Below, piece after piece: positions 1-9,468 of a stretch of DNA of 62,030 nt; position 1 is the first letter of the stretch; every line of letters begins with the position of its first letter. The DNA is from Alphaproteobacteria bacterium (GTDB lineage: Bacteria; Pseudomonadota; Alphaproteobacteria; UBA7985). The translations under genes and the position numbers were made by a program. The notes under the pieces are model-generated. The model did not search any database, was not told where the DNA came from, and was given only the letters and a program-made list of their open reading frames with translations. The DNA lies in the NCBI GenBank assembly GCA_049612785.1, contig JBMZBW010000002.1, forward strand, positions 1 through 62,030. The letters are read 5' to 3'.

Positions 1-61
1 CCAGCTCTGCTCAGAGGAGTGGTGCTTTGCCTTCGCGGTGTCAACCGGCATAAGAGGGTTC

Positions 62-895
62 ATGACGAACACGCTTACCCGTTTTGCGCCTTCTCCCAAT
101 GGATTGCTCCATCTTGGACACGTTTACGCTGCCCAGCAGGTTTGGCGGATGGCGGCAGTGCTGGGGGCTGAGGTCCTGCTGCGTATCGAAGATACGGACT
201 TCACCCGCTGCAAGCCTGAATTTGAAAACGCCATTGTTGAAGATTTGGCTTGGTTGGGTTTCCAGTGGGCGGGCGAGGTCGTTCGGCAATCAGACAGAAA
301 ACCGCTCTATGAGGCTGCAATCAACCAGCTCAAAGCGATGGACCTGCTCTATCCCTGTGCCTGTACGCGAAAGGACATCGAGGCCTCCTGGGGTGGAGAA
401 CCGCAGTTTGGGCCCGAGGGCATGCGCTATCGAGGGACATGCAAGGGGAAGGTGCTGGACGACGCTCAACCCGTCGCTTGGCGGCTGGACATGTCCTTGG
501 CTCTGGGGCGGATCGATTCACTGACGGTGAACACGGTCGAGGATGGCATACTGGATTTCCGTCCTTTGGCCGAAGAAACCGGGGACGTGGTTCTGGTCCG
601 CAAAGATATTGGCTCCAGCTATCATCTGGCTGTTACGGTTGATGATGCTAATCAGGGTATTTCGCATGTCATACGGGGTGAGGATATGCGGGACGCAACA
701 GCGGTTCATCGGGTTTTGCAAAGCCTGCTCGGGTTGCCGGTCCCCATCTACCATTTTCACCCGCTGCTCAAGGAGCGGGATGGCCGAAAACTGGCAAAAA
801 GAGATGGCGCAGAAGGGGTGCGGGTCCTCAAAGAACAGGGTCTTTCGCCAGCGGAAATTCTAGCTCAGGCATCCGCTCATTGGAGCCTGTCTTAG
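62..895 (+). CDS. gluQ: glutamyl-Q tRNA(Asp) synthetase (truncated GluRS paralogue)
   Basis: ORF 38-895; the ATG at 62 follows GAGGG. The N-terminus TRFAPSPNGLLHLGH carries a class-I aaRS HIGH-type motif and KLAKRDG is KMSKS-like. About 278 aa, i.e. a GluRS catalytic core without an anticodon-binding domain. Confidence 0.8.
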   Translation: MTNTLTRFAPSPNGLLHLGHVYAAQQVWRMAAVLGAEVLLRIEDTDFTRCKPEFENAIVEDLAWLGFQWAGEVVRQSDRKPLYEAAINQLKAMDLLYPCACTRKDIEASWGGEPQFGPEGMRYRGTCKGKVLDDAQPVAWRLDMSLALGRIDSLTVNTVEDGILDFRPLAEETGDVVLVRKDIGSSYHLAVTVDDANQGISHVIRGEDMRDATAVHRVLQSLLGLPVPIYHFHPLLKERDGRKLAKRDGAEGVRVLKEQGLSPAEILAQASAHWSLS

Positions 896-1902
896 CTTCT
901 TGCATCCAATCCTGCCGTAAACACGAGCGCAACGTACAACACGAAGATCAGCATCAGATACAGCAGGCCGCTGATAAACGGCACGCGATCACTCAAATTA
1001 CGTCGCCGCTCGAACCCGCTGACAAAGTCGGGGCCGATGAGAATCAGAACCACCAGCGAAGCTGCTGTGATGCTCAGACTTTCTGCAACAAAGGTCTGGT
1101 GGCCCAAGAGTAACAAGAACGGCGCGAGCCCACCAAAGAGCCCTACGGCACCCATATTTGAGCCGCGCCCGACACTGGTCCACATAAGCCATGCAATCGC
1201 AAAAGCCGGGACCAACACGAGGGCAAATAACTTCGAAATGGTCGCTTCGAGGTCGGACCAGTCGATAATGATGGCGACGATCATCAGGCCAAGACTAGCC
1301 AATGCGAGCTGACCCACGCGCAGGACGCTGTAACCATTTTCAGACTGCGCATGACGCCAAACGACGAAAAGGCTTACCAGCGCGAAAGCCACGGTCTTGG
1401 AGAATGTTTCCGGCAGTGACGCAGACTGACCTTGCAACAGAACAATCAAGGACGCGCAGAGCCCCAGTCCGATCAGTAATCCGAAGAACATGGCCAGTGC
1501 AAAAGGCCGTCGCATGACGTCGACAAGCAGCCCGACCAGCCACCCAACAGCCGCAAACAGCAGGATCAGCTGGTCAATCCGCCAGGACCAGACAAAGCTC
1601 CATGTATTGCCGGGTGCTGGCTGCATAAACAGTGTCTGGCCGATGACAATGACCATCAGGCCGGACAGGATTGGCGCAATCGCAAATCCTGCCATTTCCT
1701 GTCCACGCACGGGGCCCAACAGGAAACGCACCACAAATGTAAAAACAAGACTACCCACTGCTAGAACCAGCCACTGGTTCTGCAACACCATCCACAGGCT
1801 TGCGACTGTGCTTTGAAGCGGCGCGATAAGCTCTTGAAACATAGGGACGACATAGCTCAGGCAAATCGTCAGAACAACCGCCGTTGATCCTTTTGCGTGC
1901 AA
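892..1902 (-). CDS. polytopic inner-membrane protein, unknown family
   Basis: 336-aa ORF made almost entirely of hydrophobic helices. I recognise no family motif. Its stop overlaps the gluQ stop (TTAG 892-895). Confidence 0.55.
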   Translation of the reverse strand: MHAKGSTAVVLTICLSYVVPMFQELIAPLQSTVASLWMVLQNQWLVLAVGSLVFTFVVRFLLGPVRGQEMAGFAIAPILSGLMVIVIGQTLFMQPAPGNTWSFVWSWRIDQLILLFAAVGWLVGLLVDVMRRPFALAMFFGLLIGLGLCASLIVLLQGQSASLPETFSKTVAFALVSLFVVWRHAQSENGYSVLRVGQLALASLGLMIVAIIIDWSDLEATISKLFALVLVPAFAIAWLMWTSVGRGSNMGAVGLFGGLAPFLLLLGHQTFVAESLSITAASLVVLILIGPDFVSGFERRRNLSDRVPFISGLLYLMLIFVLYVALVFTAGLDARS

Positions 1903-1998
1903 TTAGATTGGGCATAAACCACGGAGATTTAGCCAAAAATCGCGTGCGAAAGGCAGGGGAGACTTGACGCGAAGGGCGGACTGCGACTCTATGCGGGC

Positions 1999-2502
1999 AT
2001 GCGCATTATCGGACTCGATCCCGGCCTTCGGGTTACGGGCTGGGGAATTATTGATCAGGCAGGGAACCGCCTGAGCCCCGTTGCCCACGGAACCGTCAAG
2101 ACAGACGCCGCTTTGCCCTTGGCTCAGCGGTTGGTTCAGCTTGAAAAAGGCTTGGTCAAAGTTATCGCTGAGTACGGACCCGACGAAGCCGCCGTTGAAG
2201 AAACCTTTGTGAATCAAAACCCGACTTCAACGCTGAAACTGGGTATGGCGCGCGGTGTTGTTTTGCTGGCCCCGGCCAGCCTGGGTTTGCCCGTGGGTGA
2301 GTACCCACCCAACCGCGTTAAGAAGGCGGTCGTTGGCGCGGGAAAAGCAGCAAAAGAGCAGGTGCAGATGATGGTGCGACGACTGCTGCCCGGTGTGAAC
2401 GTCACATCCGCCGATGAAGCAGATGCGCTGGCCGTTGCCATTTGTCACGCGCACTTCGCTGAAGCAGACCGCAGAATAGCCGCATCAAAGGTGTCAGCAT
2501 GA
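1999..2502 (+). CDS. ruvC: Holliday junction resolvase RuvC
   Basis: N-terminus MRIIGLDPGLRVTGWGII, 167 aa, immediately upstream of ruvA and ruvB. Confidence 0.9.
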   Translation: MRIIGLDPGLRVTGWGIIDQAGNRLSPVAHGTVKTDAALPLAQRLVQLEKGLVKVIAEYGPDEAAVEETFVNQNPTSTLKLGMARGVVLLAPASLGLPVGEYPPNRVKKAVVGAGKAAKEQVQMMVRRLLPGVNVTSADEADALAVAICHAHFAEADRRIAASKVSA

Positions 2503-3125
2503 TCGCGAAACTCAAAGGAATGGTTGAAGGGCAGGAAGAGAGCGCTGCGTTGATCGACGTGAACGGTGTTGTCTATCGCGCGCTCTGTTCATCTCGCACA
2601 CTGGGTGCTTTGCCTGCCAAAGGTCAGCCAGCAGTGCTGGAAACCGAGTATCTGGTGATTCAGGACGTGCCGACACTGATTGGTTTTGGGTCACTGGGTG
2701 AGTTGGAAGCCTTTCGCCTGTTGGTTACCGTAAACGGTGTTGGGCCCAAGGCGGCTTTGGCGATCCTGTCCGTACATGCGCCCGATACATTATTTGCCGC
2801 GATTGCCAATGGCGACGCAAAGGCCATTCAGGTTGCTAAAGGCGTTGGCGCGAAAGCTGCGGCGCGGATCATCACGGATTTGCGGGACAAGGTTGGCGCG
2901 TTTGCGGGCTTGGCCGGCGGCGGACCTCAGGGCGCGCCAATGGCCGGGGGAAGCGGTTCCACGGTAGAAGGTGTCGCCGCGCAGGACGCTGTCTCAGCCC
3001 TGACCAACCTGGGTTACAACCAGCCCGAAGCGGCCCGTGCTGTTGCCGCAGTCCTGCAAGACGAGCCGGGGGCCGATGTTTCTGCACTCATCCGGCTGGC
3101 TCTCAAGAAACTTTCCGGTGGGTGA
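2499..3125 (+). CDS. ruvA: Holliday junction branch migration complex subunit RuvA
   Basis: ATGA start/stop overlap with ruvC. HhH region VNGVGPKAALAILS. 208 aa, located between ruvC and ruvB. Confidence 0.9.
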   Translation: MIAKLKGMVEGQEESAALIDVNGVVYRALCSSRTLGALPAKGQPAVLETEYLVIQDVPTLIGFGSLGELEAFRLLVTVNGVGPKAALAILSVHAPDTLFAAIANGDAKAIQVAKGVGAKAAARIITDLRDKVGAFAGLAGGGPQGAPMAGGSGSTVEGVAAQDAVSALTNLGYNQPEAARAVAAVLQDEPGADVSALIRLALKKLSGG

Positions 3126-3137
3126 AGAGGTTAAGGC

Positions 3138-4208
3138 ATGGTGAATGATCCTCTGAACGACGATGGAACCCACACACGCTTGGTCGAAGCGCTGAATTCT
3201 GGCGACACGGGCGCAGATCAGGGCTTGCGTCCGCTTCTGCTTGAGGACTTTGTCGGGCAGGAGCGTTTGCGGCGCAATCTTCGCGTCGGGATCGAAGCGG
3301 CCAAGCAGCGCAGCGAAGCGGTCGATCACGTGCTATTCCACGGTCCACCCGGTCTGGGCAAAACCACGCTTGCGCAGATTGTCGCCTCAGAGTTGGGGGT
3401 TGGGTTTCGTCAGACGTCTGGCCCCATGATCACGCGCGCGGGCGACTTGGCTGCGATCCTCACCAACCTGCAGCCTCGTGATGTGCTGTTCATTGATGAA
3501 ATTCACCGCCTTTCGACAGCAGTAGAGGAAGTGCTCTACTCAGCTATGGAAGACTTCCAGCTCGATCTGATTATCGGCGAAGGCCCGGCGGCGCGTTCGG
3601 TCCGGGTGGACCTGGCGCCCTTTACGCTGGTGGGTGCAACCACCCGCATCGGCCTGTTGACCAAGCCATTGCAAGACCGCTTCGGGATTGTTCAGAGGTT
3701 GGATTTTTACGGTGAAACAGATCTGGAGCAGATCGTCTCCCGTGGTTCGCGGGTGCTGGATGTTGGTATCGATGCCGAGGCCCGCATTGAGATAGCTCGC
3801 CGCGCACGAGGCACGCCACGGATCGCGGGTCGCCTGCTCCGCCGCGTGCGGGACTTTGCGATTGTCATGGGCGATGGCCATATCACGTTGTCGCTGGCGC
3901 GTTCCGCGCTGGATGAGCTGGACGTCGACCCGCTGGGGCTTGACGATATGGACCAGCGCTACCTGCGCGCTCTTGCCAATACCTATCGCGGGGGGCCGGT
4001 CGGGGTTGAGACGCTGGCGGTTGCTCTCTCGGAGCAGCGCGACACGCTGGAACACGTGGTCGAGCCCTATCTGATCCAGCGCGCCCTGATCCAGCGCACA
4101 CCCCGAGGTCGGGTGTTGGAGCGCTTCGGATGGGAGCACATGGGCCTGAAACCTATTCCCAAGGATAAAGAGGGCAGTGACGCCGGTCCTCTGTTTGGAG
4201 CCGATTGA
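3138..4208 (+). CDS. ruvB: Holliday junction branch migration DNA helicase RuvB
   Basis: Walker [12 protein letters not shown], Walker [10 protein letters not shown], 356 aa, ruvAB context. Confidence 0.95.
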   Translation: MVNDPLNDDGTHTRLVEALNSGDTGADQGLRPLLLEDFVGQERLRRNLRVGIEAAKQRSEAVDHVLFHGPPGLGKTTLAQIVASELGVGFRQTSGPMITRAGDLAAILTNLQPRDVLFIDEIHRLSTAVEEVLYSAMEDFQLDLIIGEGPAARSVRVDLAPFTLVGATTRIGLLTKPLQDRFGIVQRLDFYGETDLEQIVSRGSRVLDVGIDAEARIEIARRARGTPRIAGRLLRRVRDFAIVMGDGHITLSLARSALDELDVDPLGLDDMDQRYLRALANTYRGGPVGVETLAVALSEQRDTLEHVVEPYLIQRALIQRTPRGRVLERFGWEHMGLKPIPKDKEGSDAGPLFGAD

Positions 4209-4213
4209 CCGCT

Positions 4214-4681
4214 ATGACTGCGCAACCAGACCCCAACCTGCCGCTCGGCTTTTTCGACGAAAAGACCTTTGTCATGCACACGCGGGTTTATTTCCACGAT
4301 ACCGACGCGGCGGGGATCGTTTATCACGGGACCTATCTGCACTTTGCCGAACGCGCCCGGACGGAGATGCTTCGCCATCTGCAGGTTGACCCGGACTGGC
4401 TGTGGCAAGAGCACAGGCTTCGTTTCGTCATCGTCTCTGCTGACATGAAGTTCCAGCGTCCCGCGGTCCACGACGATATCGTGACCATCCGGACAAAGTA
4501 CCTCAAGACCACCGCAGCTCGTATGGTGTTGCAGCAGGAAATGAGCGTGAACGCCAAAGTCTGCACTACTTTGCGTATTACGGTGTCGCAAATTCGCGAA
4601 GACGGTCGCCCCGTTCGATTGCCGCAGCAGGCCATTGACGCCATGGCGCCTTATCTTCAACCGGACGACCTCGACGAGTAA
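4214..4681 (+). CDS. ybgC: tol-pal-associated acyl-CoA thioesterase (4HBT/YbgC family)
   Basis: Hot-dog thioesterase motif YFHDTDAAGIVYH, directly upstream of tolQ. I prefer the ATG at 4214 to the ORF-track TTG at 4205. Confidence 0.75.
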   Translation: MTAQPDPNLPLGFFDEKTFVMHTRVYFHDTDAAGIVYHGTYLHFAERARTEMLRHLQVDPDWLWQEHRLRFVIVSADMKFQRPAVHDDIVTIRTKYLKTTAARMVLQQEMSVNAKVCTTLRITVSQIREDGRPVRLPQQAIDAMAPYLQPDDLDE

Positions 4682-4686
4682 CCTTC

Positions 4687-5379
4687 ATGGAACCAACCAC
4701 ACCTTTCGAACAAGCTTCCCTCATGGAAATCGTAGTCGCTGCGCCTCTAGCGGTTCAGTTGGTCATGGGGTTGTTGGTTCTGCTGTCCATCGTGACCTGG
4801 GTTATCGTTTTCGATAAGGGCTACCGTTTGTGGGTAGAGAACCGACAGGCCATTTCCTTCGAGGACAAATTCGCAGAAATCCAGGTTTATAATGAGCTGC
4901 TTGAGCACAAAGATACGTTGGGCAGCAGTTCCTTATTCATGGTTTATCAAGCCGGCATGGAGCATTGGGGAAAGTCCTCGGGTGGTACTTGGTTGCTCAA
5001 ATCTCAGGCTCAAATCCGCAACATTAATCGTCGAATGAATGACCAGCTGAACCGGCAGATGGCAAAGCTGGAACGTCAAATGATCATTCTGGCCAGCATT
5101 GGTACAGCAGCACCGTTTATCGGGCTGTTTGGAACAGTCTGGGGGGTGATGAATGCCTTCATGGGGATTGCAGCAACCGGAAACACAACGCTGGATGTTG
5201 TAGCGCCCGGTATTGCAGAGGCACTACTGGCCACGGCTCTGGGCCTGGTTGCAGCCATTCCAGCATCGGTGGCTTACAACAAGTTTTCCAACGATCTGGG
5301 TTTGATAGCCAGCAAGATGGAAGGCTTCATTGACCAGTTCAGTTCAGAGCTGAGCGACAGTCTTGAGGCAGGGGGCTGA
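4687..5379 (+). CDS. tolQ: Tol-Pal system protein TolQ (MotA/TolQ/ExbB family)
   Basis: 230 aa with three hydrophobic segments and a conserved C-terminal half (GTAAPFIGLFGTVWG). Followed by tolR. Confidence 0.9.
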   Translation: MEPTTPFEQASLMEIVVAAPLAVQLVMGLLVLLSIVTWVIVFDKGYRLWVENRQAISFEDKFAEIQVYNELLEHKDTLGSSSLFMVYQAGMEHWGKSSGGTWLLKSQAQIRNINRRMNDQLNRQMAKLERQMIILASIGTAAPFIGLFGTVWGVMNAFMGIAATGNTTLDVVAPGIAEALLATALGLVAAIPASVAYNKFSNDLGLIASKMEGFIDQFSSELSDSLEAGG

Positions 5380-5382
5380 CCC

Positions 5383-5823
5383 ATGGGTTACTCGCCAAGA
5401 CACACATCATATAGCGCGCGGCGAAACCGCTATCGACTGATGTCGGAGATCAACGTCACGCCCTTCGTTGACGTGATGTTGGTGTTGCTGGTGGTCTTCA
5501 TGGTGGCTGCGCCGCTGATTACTATTGGGCTCCCTATTGATTTACCCAAGGGCAACGCCCCCACGCTCAATGATCAGGAAACACCGATCACCATTACGAT
5601 GGCCCGCGATGGCGAGATGTTTGTGGGGGAGGATGCGACCACCTTGGATGCCCTCGTTCCACAGCTTCTGGAGCAGACCGACGGTGAGACGGGTCGGCTC
5701 ATCAAAATTGAAGGAGACCAGAACCTGCTTTACGGCAACGTGACGGAAACCATGTCTGTTCTTTATCAGGCCGGTTTTGATCGCGTGCGGCTGATCATGG
5801 AAAGGCCGAGCGACGCTCGGTAA
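5383..5823 (+). CDS. tolR: Tol-Pal system protein TolR (ExbD/TolR family)
   Basis: 146 aa with a single TM segment (INVTPFVDVMLVLLVVFMVAAP), between tolQ and the tolA-like gene. Confidence 0.85.
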   Translation: MGYSPRHTSYSARRNRYRLMSEINVTPFVDVMLVLLVVFMVAAPLITIGLPIDLPKGNAPTLNDQETPITITMARDGEMFVGEDATTLDALVPQLLEQTDGETGRLIKIEGDQNLLYGNVTETMSVLYQAGFDRVRLIMERPSDAR

Positions 5824-5831
5824 GACGCAAC

Positions 5832-6965
5832 ATGTCTTCGGCGGGATTCTCTTATAAACCAGTGGTAGCCTCCAAGTCGTCCGGCTGGGGTTGGGCCTTG
5901 CCAGTCTTGGTGTCTCTTGGTTTACACGGCGGGGTCGTTTTTTTGATGCAGACCAGTGCTGGTTCTGTCCCCGTGCCCATCAAGCCGCCCCCTATCGAAG
6001 TTGAAATTCTGTTTGAGGAAACTCCGCTTCCGGACTCCGTTTCTGCTGTTCTGGAGGAACTGGATTTGGTGACTGAACAGACCCTGGAGGAGTTAGCCGC
6101 TGCCGAAGACTTGCCCATTCTTGAGCCCGTCGCAGCAGAAGATCCGGGGTCAAGCCCAGAGGTCGATCCACTTTTTCTGCCAGAAGCCTCTGAGTTCGAC
6201 GGCCTACCCGAAGGGCTTGAAGAATTTGTTTCTACGGCACCAGTTAATTCCAATCTCGATGCTGATCTGTCTGAGGACATGACCTCGACAAACCTCGCAC
6301 AACCGGCAAACGACCAGTCCCCGACGCGTGAACAGATCGAAGAGATATTGTCTCAGGAAGACGACGGCACAGAGGCTCCGCCGGGTGATGAGGTGGTGGA
6401 ACCCGAAGTGCAGGATGCCGAGCCGGAGGTTGCCGAGGCTGAACCCGAGCCGGTCATCAATTACCCCCTGATCCCCAAGCCCCGCCCAAGAGCGCCGCCG
6501 CGTGTTGCTGCTGAAGAAACCACGGATGAGGCAACGACGGAGACTGTTGCCGATGCTGGGGCGGATGGGTCTGGCGAAGGCCCTGCCGATGGCGCGGCAG
6601 CGGATGGGACGGGTGGTGATAATGCAGCGGCAACCATTCTGAGCGCTGAGAGACGGTCAGAGGCGCAGCTTGTTGCTTCCCGCCATGTTCAGGATTGTTT
6701 CGATATGAACATGACTCTGAACCACTTCATTCGCTACACGAATTCCTGGCAGGTCGCCTTTCTGATCAAGGTCGATGCCGATGGAAATATCGTTAGTGCC
6801 GAAAAAGGGAAAATTGCTTATCCCGCAGGTGCGAGCGGAGAGATGATCGATGCTTTCACGGATAACGTTAGGGAAACCATCTACGAATGCTCGACTTTTA
6901 AGAACCCAGACGGTGTCGAAGGGGTCCCCTTTGAAATCGAAGTCGTCTACCAGCCTGGCGCATGA
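5832..6965 (+). CDS. tolA: TolA-like envelope-spanning protein (called from position and architecture)
   Basis: N-terminal TM anchor (WALPVLVSLGLHGGVVFLM), a long low-complexity Glu/Asp/Pro-rich linker and a globular C-terminal domain of about 100 aa. Sits between tolR and tolB. Confidence 0.6.
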   Translation: MSSAGFSYKPVVASKSSGWGWALPVLVSLGLHGGVVFLMQTSAGSVPVPIKPPPIEVEILFEETPLPDSVSAVLEELDLVTEQTLEELAAAEDLPILEPVAAEDPGSSPEVDPLFLPEASEFDGLPEGLEEFVSTAPVNSNLDADLSEDMTSTNLAQPANDQSPTREQIEEILSQEDDGTEAPPGDEVVEPEVQDAEPEVAEAEPEPVINYPLIPKPRPRAPPRVAAEETTDEATTETVADAGADGSGEGPADGAAADGTGGDNAAATILSAERRSEAQLVASRHVQDCFDMNMTLNHFIRYTNSWQVAFLIKVDADGNIVSAEKGKIAYPAGASGEMIDAFTDNVRETIYECSTFKNPDGVEGVPFEIEVVYQPGA

Positions 6966-7080
6966 ATAATGCAAAGTGAATAACGCAGAATGTGACGCCT
7001 ATGACACAACTCCTTGAAACCTCGGCATGGGGCAGATTTGGCCCCATTTCCGCCCAACTAGAAGCGTTCTGGTTGCACCC

Positions 7081-8403
7081 ATGCGAGCATTAGTCCTAGC
7101 CCTCATCGTTGCATTGGTTGCTGCAGTCAACGCGCACGCTCAATTCCGTATTGGTATTGGCGGTGGCGCGCGGTCAACCATGCCTGTGGCCGTATTGGAA
7201 TTTGAAGCGGCAAATAGTGCTTCTAGCCAACATGCGCGGGACTTCACCAAGGTCGTTCGGCAGAACCTGCAACACTCCGGCACCTTCACGGTGGTGAACC
7301 CCAAGGACTATGCGCAGACAGCAGCTGAGTTTCTTGAGCAACCGGATTGGCGTTCCTGGCGGCAATCGGAAGCCAAGGTGATTATCGCCGGAAATGTTTC
7401 CGTGTCCGGGAGCACCATTCAAGCGACCTATCACGTGTATTACGCCAAGAGCAAAAGTCATAAGCTGAGTGAAGTCGCGGAAGTTGGATTGGCGCAGTGG
7501 CGGGATCTGGCGCACTTTGTCTCTGATGTTGTGCATCTGAAAGTTGCTGGGATAGACGGCCACTATGCCAGCCAGATCGTCTTTATTGCCGAAGACGGCA
7601 GTGCAACGTCGCGGGTGAAGCGTCTGGCGATCATGGATCAGGACGGTCACAACATTCGCTACCTTTCTGATGGCAGCAGTATTGTTCTGACCCCGCGATT
7701 TTCTCCGGATGGGGATGAGATTACCTATACCGAGATTAACAGTGGACGCGTTCGGGTCATTCTCAGGCACCTCGTAACCGGTCAGCAAGAAGTTCTCGAA
7801 ACCGCCGAAGGCACCTCCACCTTTTCACCGCGTTTCTCACCAGATGGGCGAGGGATTGTCTATTCGCTGGCTTTGAACGGCAACACCGACATCTACTACA
7901 TGGACCTTCAAACCCGCGCGCGCGAACGACTGACAATGGACGCCAGCGCAGAGACGTCGCCCTCCATTTCCCCTGATGGCACTAAAGTCGCCTTTGAAAG
8001 CGACCGAACCAGCGGTCAGCAGATTTATGTCCTCGACCGCCCAACCGGTCGGGTTCGCCGAATTTCGATTCAAGACCGTGCCCGCTACGCGACCCCCGTT
8101 TGGTCGCCAGACGGTCAGTGGATCGCCTTTACTCGGATCAAGGATGGTGAGTTTGCCATTGGTGTCATGCGGCCCGATGGTTCAACGGAGCAAATCCTGG
8201 CGACCGGATATGTCGTAGAGAGTCCGACCTGGTCTCCGAACAGCACGGCTTTGGCCTTTGCTCGTCAGGAGCGTCAGACCGGTGACGGCAGCGTCAAGAC
8301 AAGGATCTACGCCGTGGACTTGTTCGAACGGCGGGAGTGGCCGCTTCCGACCACAGGTGAGGCCTCTGACCCCGCGTGGTCACCACGACTGGCTCGAAAC
8401 TAA
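7081..8403 (+). CDS. tolB: Tol-Pal system beta-propeller protein TolB
   Basis: Repeated propeller motifs RFSPDGDEI, RFSPDGRGI, SISPDGTKV, VWSPDGQWI and TWSPNS. The signal peptide MRALVLALIVALVAAVNAHA starts at ATG 7081; the ORF-track start at 7027 lies inside a hairpin. Confidence 0.9.
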   Translation: MRALVLALIVALVAAVNAHAQFRIGIGGGARSTMPVAVLEFEAANSASSQHARDFTKVVRQNLQHSGTFTVVNPKDYAQTAAEFLEQPDWRSWRQSEAKVIIAGNVSVSGSTIQATYHVYYAKSKSHKLSEVAEVGLAQWRDLAHFVSDVVHLKVAGIDGHYASQIVFIAEDGSATSRVKRLAIMDQDGHNIRYLSDGSSIVLTPRFSPDGDEITYTEINSGRVRVILRHLVTGQQEVLETAEGTSTFSPRFSPDGRGIVYSLALNGNTDIYYMDLQTRARERLTMDASAETSPSISPDGTKVAFESDRTSGQQIYVLDRPTGRVRRISIQDRARYATPVWSPDGQWIAFTRIKDGEFAIGVMRPDGSTEQILATGYVVESPTWSPNSTALAFARQERQTGDGSVKTRIYAVDLFERREWPLPTTGEASDPAWSPRLARN

Positions 8404-8700
8404 AAAACGAGCAAAACATTCGCAGATTGCAAATTTTGTGCTTTTTGAGCCATAGGCTCGCAGATGATTCGTTCGCAAAACTATTGAATTTTAGTGAATC
8501 CGGGGATTAAATTCGCGTAATACGTGGGTTTGTTCTGTATTTGCCTCCAAAGGTGTGTCATATAATCATTTTTCTTTGCCCAGCAGGGCTGACTGGTGTA
8601 AAACAGCAACAGTCAATGAACGGGTGTAACCGACTCCAAAGTTTTTAAAGGGGTTGTGGCCCATAGAGTTCAGACAGGTCATTTTGGAGTTTGGATTACA

Positions 8701-9318
8701 ATGTTGAAACGGACCGCTATAGCGATATTTGCGCCACTGGTCCTCGCAGCCTGCGATCCTGAAGTACGCGCTGTAGAGCAAGATTTTGTTGTCGAAGAAA
8801 CCGTGACAACTCAGACCACGCCTTACTACCAGCAGCAAACGCTCCTCGGGCAGACACCGCAAGGTCAGTTCGGCGTTTCTGGTCAGCAGTACGCTGCGGT
8901 CGCTGGGCAATACGGTACGCAGATTTCTGCTTCGGCGCTGTCTCCGACCCAATTCGTTAACGGGCCATCACAGACGGGCCTTCGGGCTGATGTTGGTGAT
9001 CGTGTATTCTTCACAACCGACAGCAGCTCACTTGATCCACGCGGTACCGCTGTGATTGACCAGCTTGGGGCTTGGATGCGTCAGTACCCTGCAACGCGCA
9101 TTCGGATCGAAGGGCATGCCGACGAACGTGGAACGCGCGACTATAACATTGCGCTTGGCGACAGTCGTGCAACGTCCATCCGAAATCGTCTCTTGCAGCT
9201 GGGCATCTCGCCAGAGCGCCTGACAACTGTTTCCTATGGAAAAGAGCGTCCTGTTGCGTCGGGTTCAACCCCAACAGTTTGGGCGCAAAACCGCCGAGCC
9301 GTCTTCGTCGTGCTCTAA
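8701..9318 (+). CDS. pal: peptidoglycan-associated lipoprotein Pal (OmpA-like C-terminal domain)
   Basis: ATG 8701 gives MLKRTAIAIFAPLVLAAC (lipoprotein signal plus lipobox Cys). C-terminal OmpA-like motif RIEGHADERGTRDYNIALGDSRA. Confidence 0.85.
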   Translation: MLKRTAIAIFAPLVLAACDPEVRAVEQDFVVEETVTTQTTPYYQQQTLLGQTPQGQFGVSGQQYAAVAGQYGTQISASALSPTQFVNGPSQTGLRADVGDRVFFTTDSSSLDPRGTAVIDQLGAWMRQYPATRIRIEGHADERGTRDYNIALGDSRATSIRNRLLQLGISPERLTTVSYGKERPVASGSTPTVWAQNRRAVFVVL

Positions 9319-9349
9319 ACACGCGTTTTCTTCATCATCGATGCATCTA

Positions 9350-9377
9350 AAAGGTCTCATCTGAGACCTTTTTTTGT
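9350..9377 (+). terminator. rho-independent terminator after pal
   Basis: Perfect 8-bp stem AGGTCTCA (9352-9359) / TGAGACCT (9362-9369), followed by a T7 run. Confidence 0.75.
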
Positions 9378-9468
9378 GATCGGACACGCGAATTTTGAAG
9401 GGTCAAGAGGAGTAGGAATCGCCCGGGTTTTCCCCTAAAAAAGGGTAAACACAATAAAAGGCGGTGCA

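Noticed and set aside
8541-8566. A sigma-70 promoter for pal (TTGCCT ... TATAAT).
   Set aside because: The hexamers are separated by only 14 nt, outside the 16-18-nt window, so I do not call it as a feature. It is noted under the tolB-pal spacer finding.
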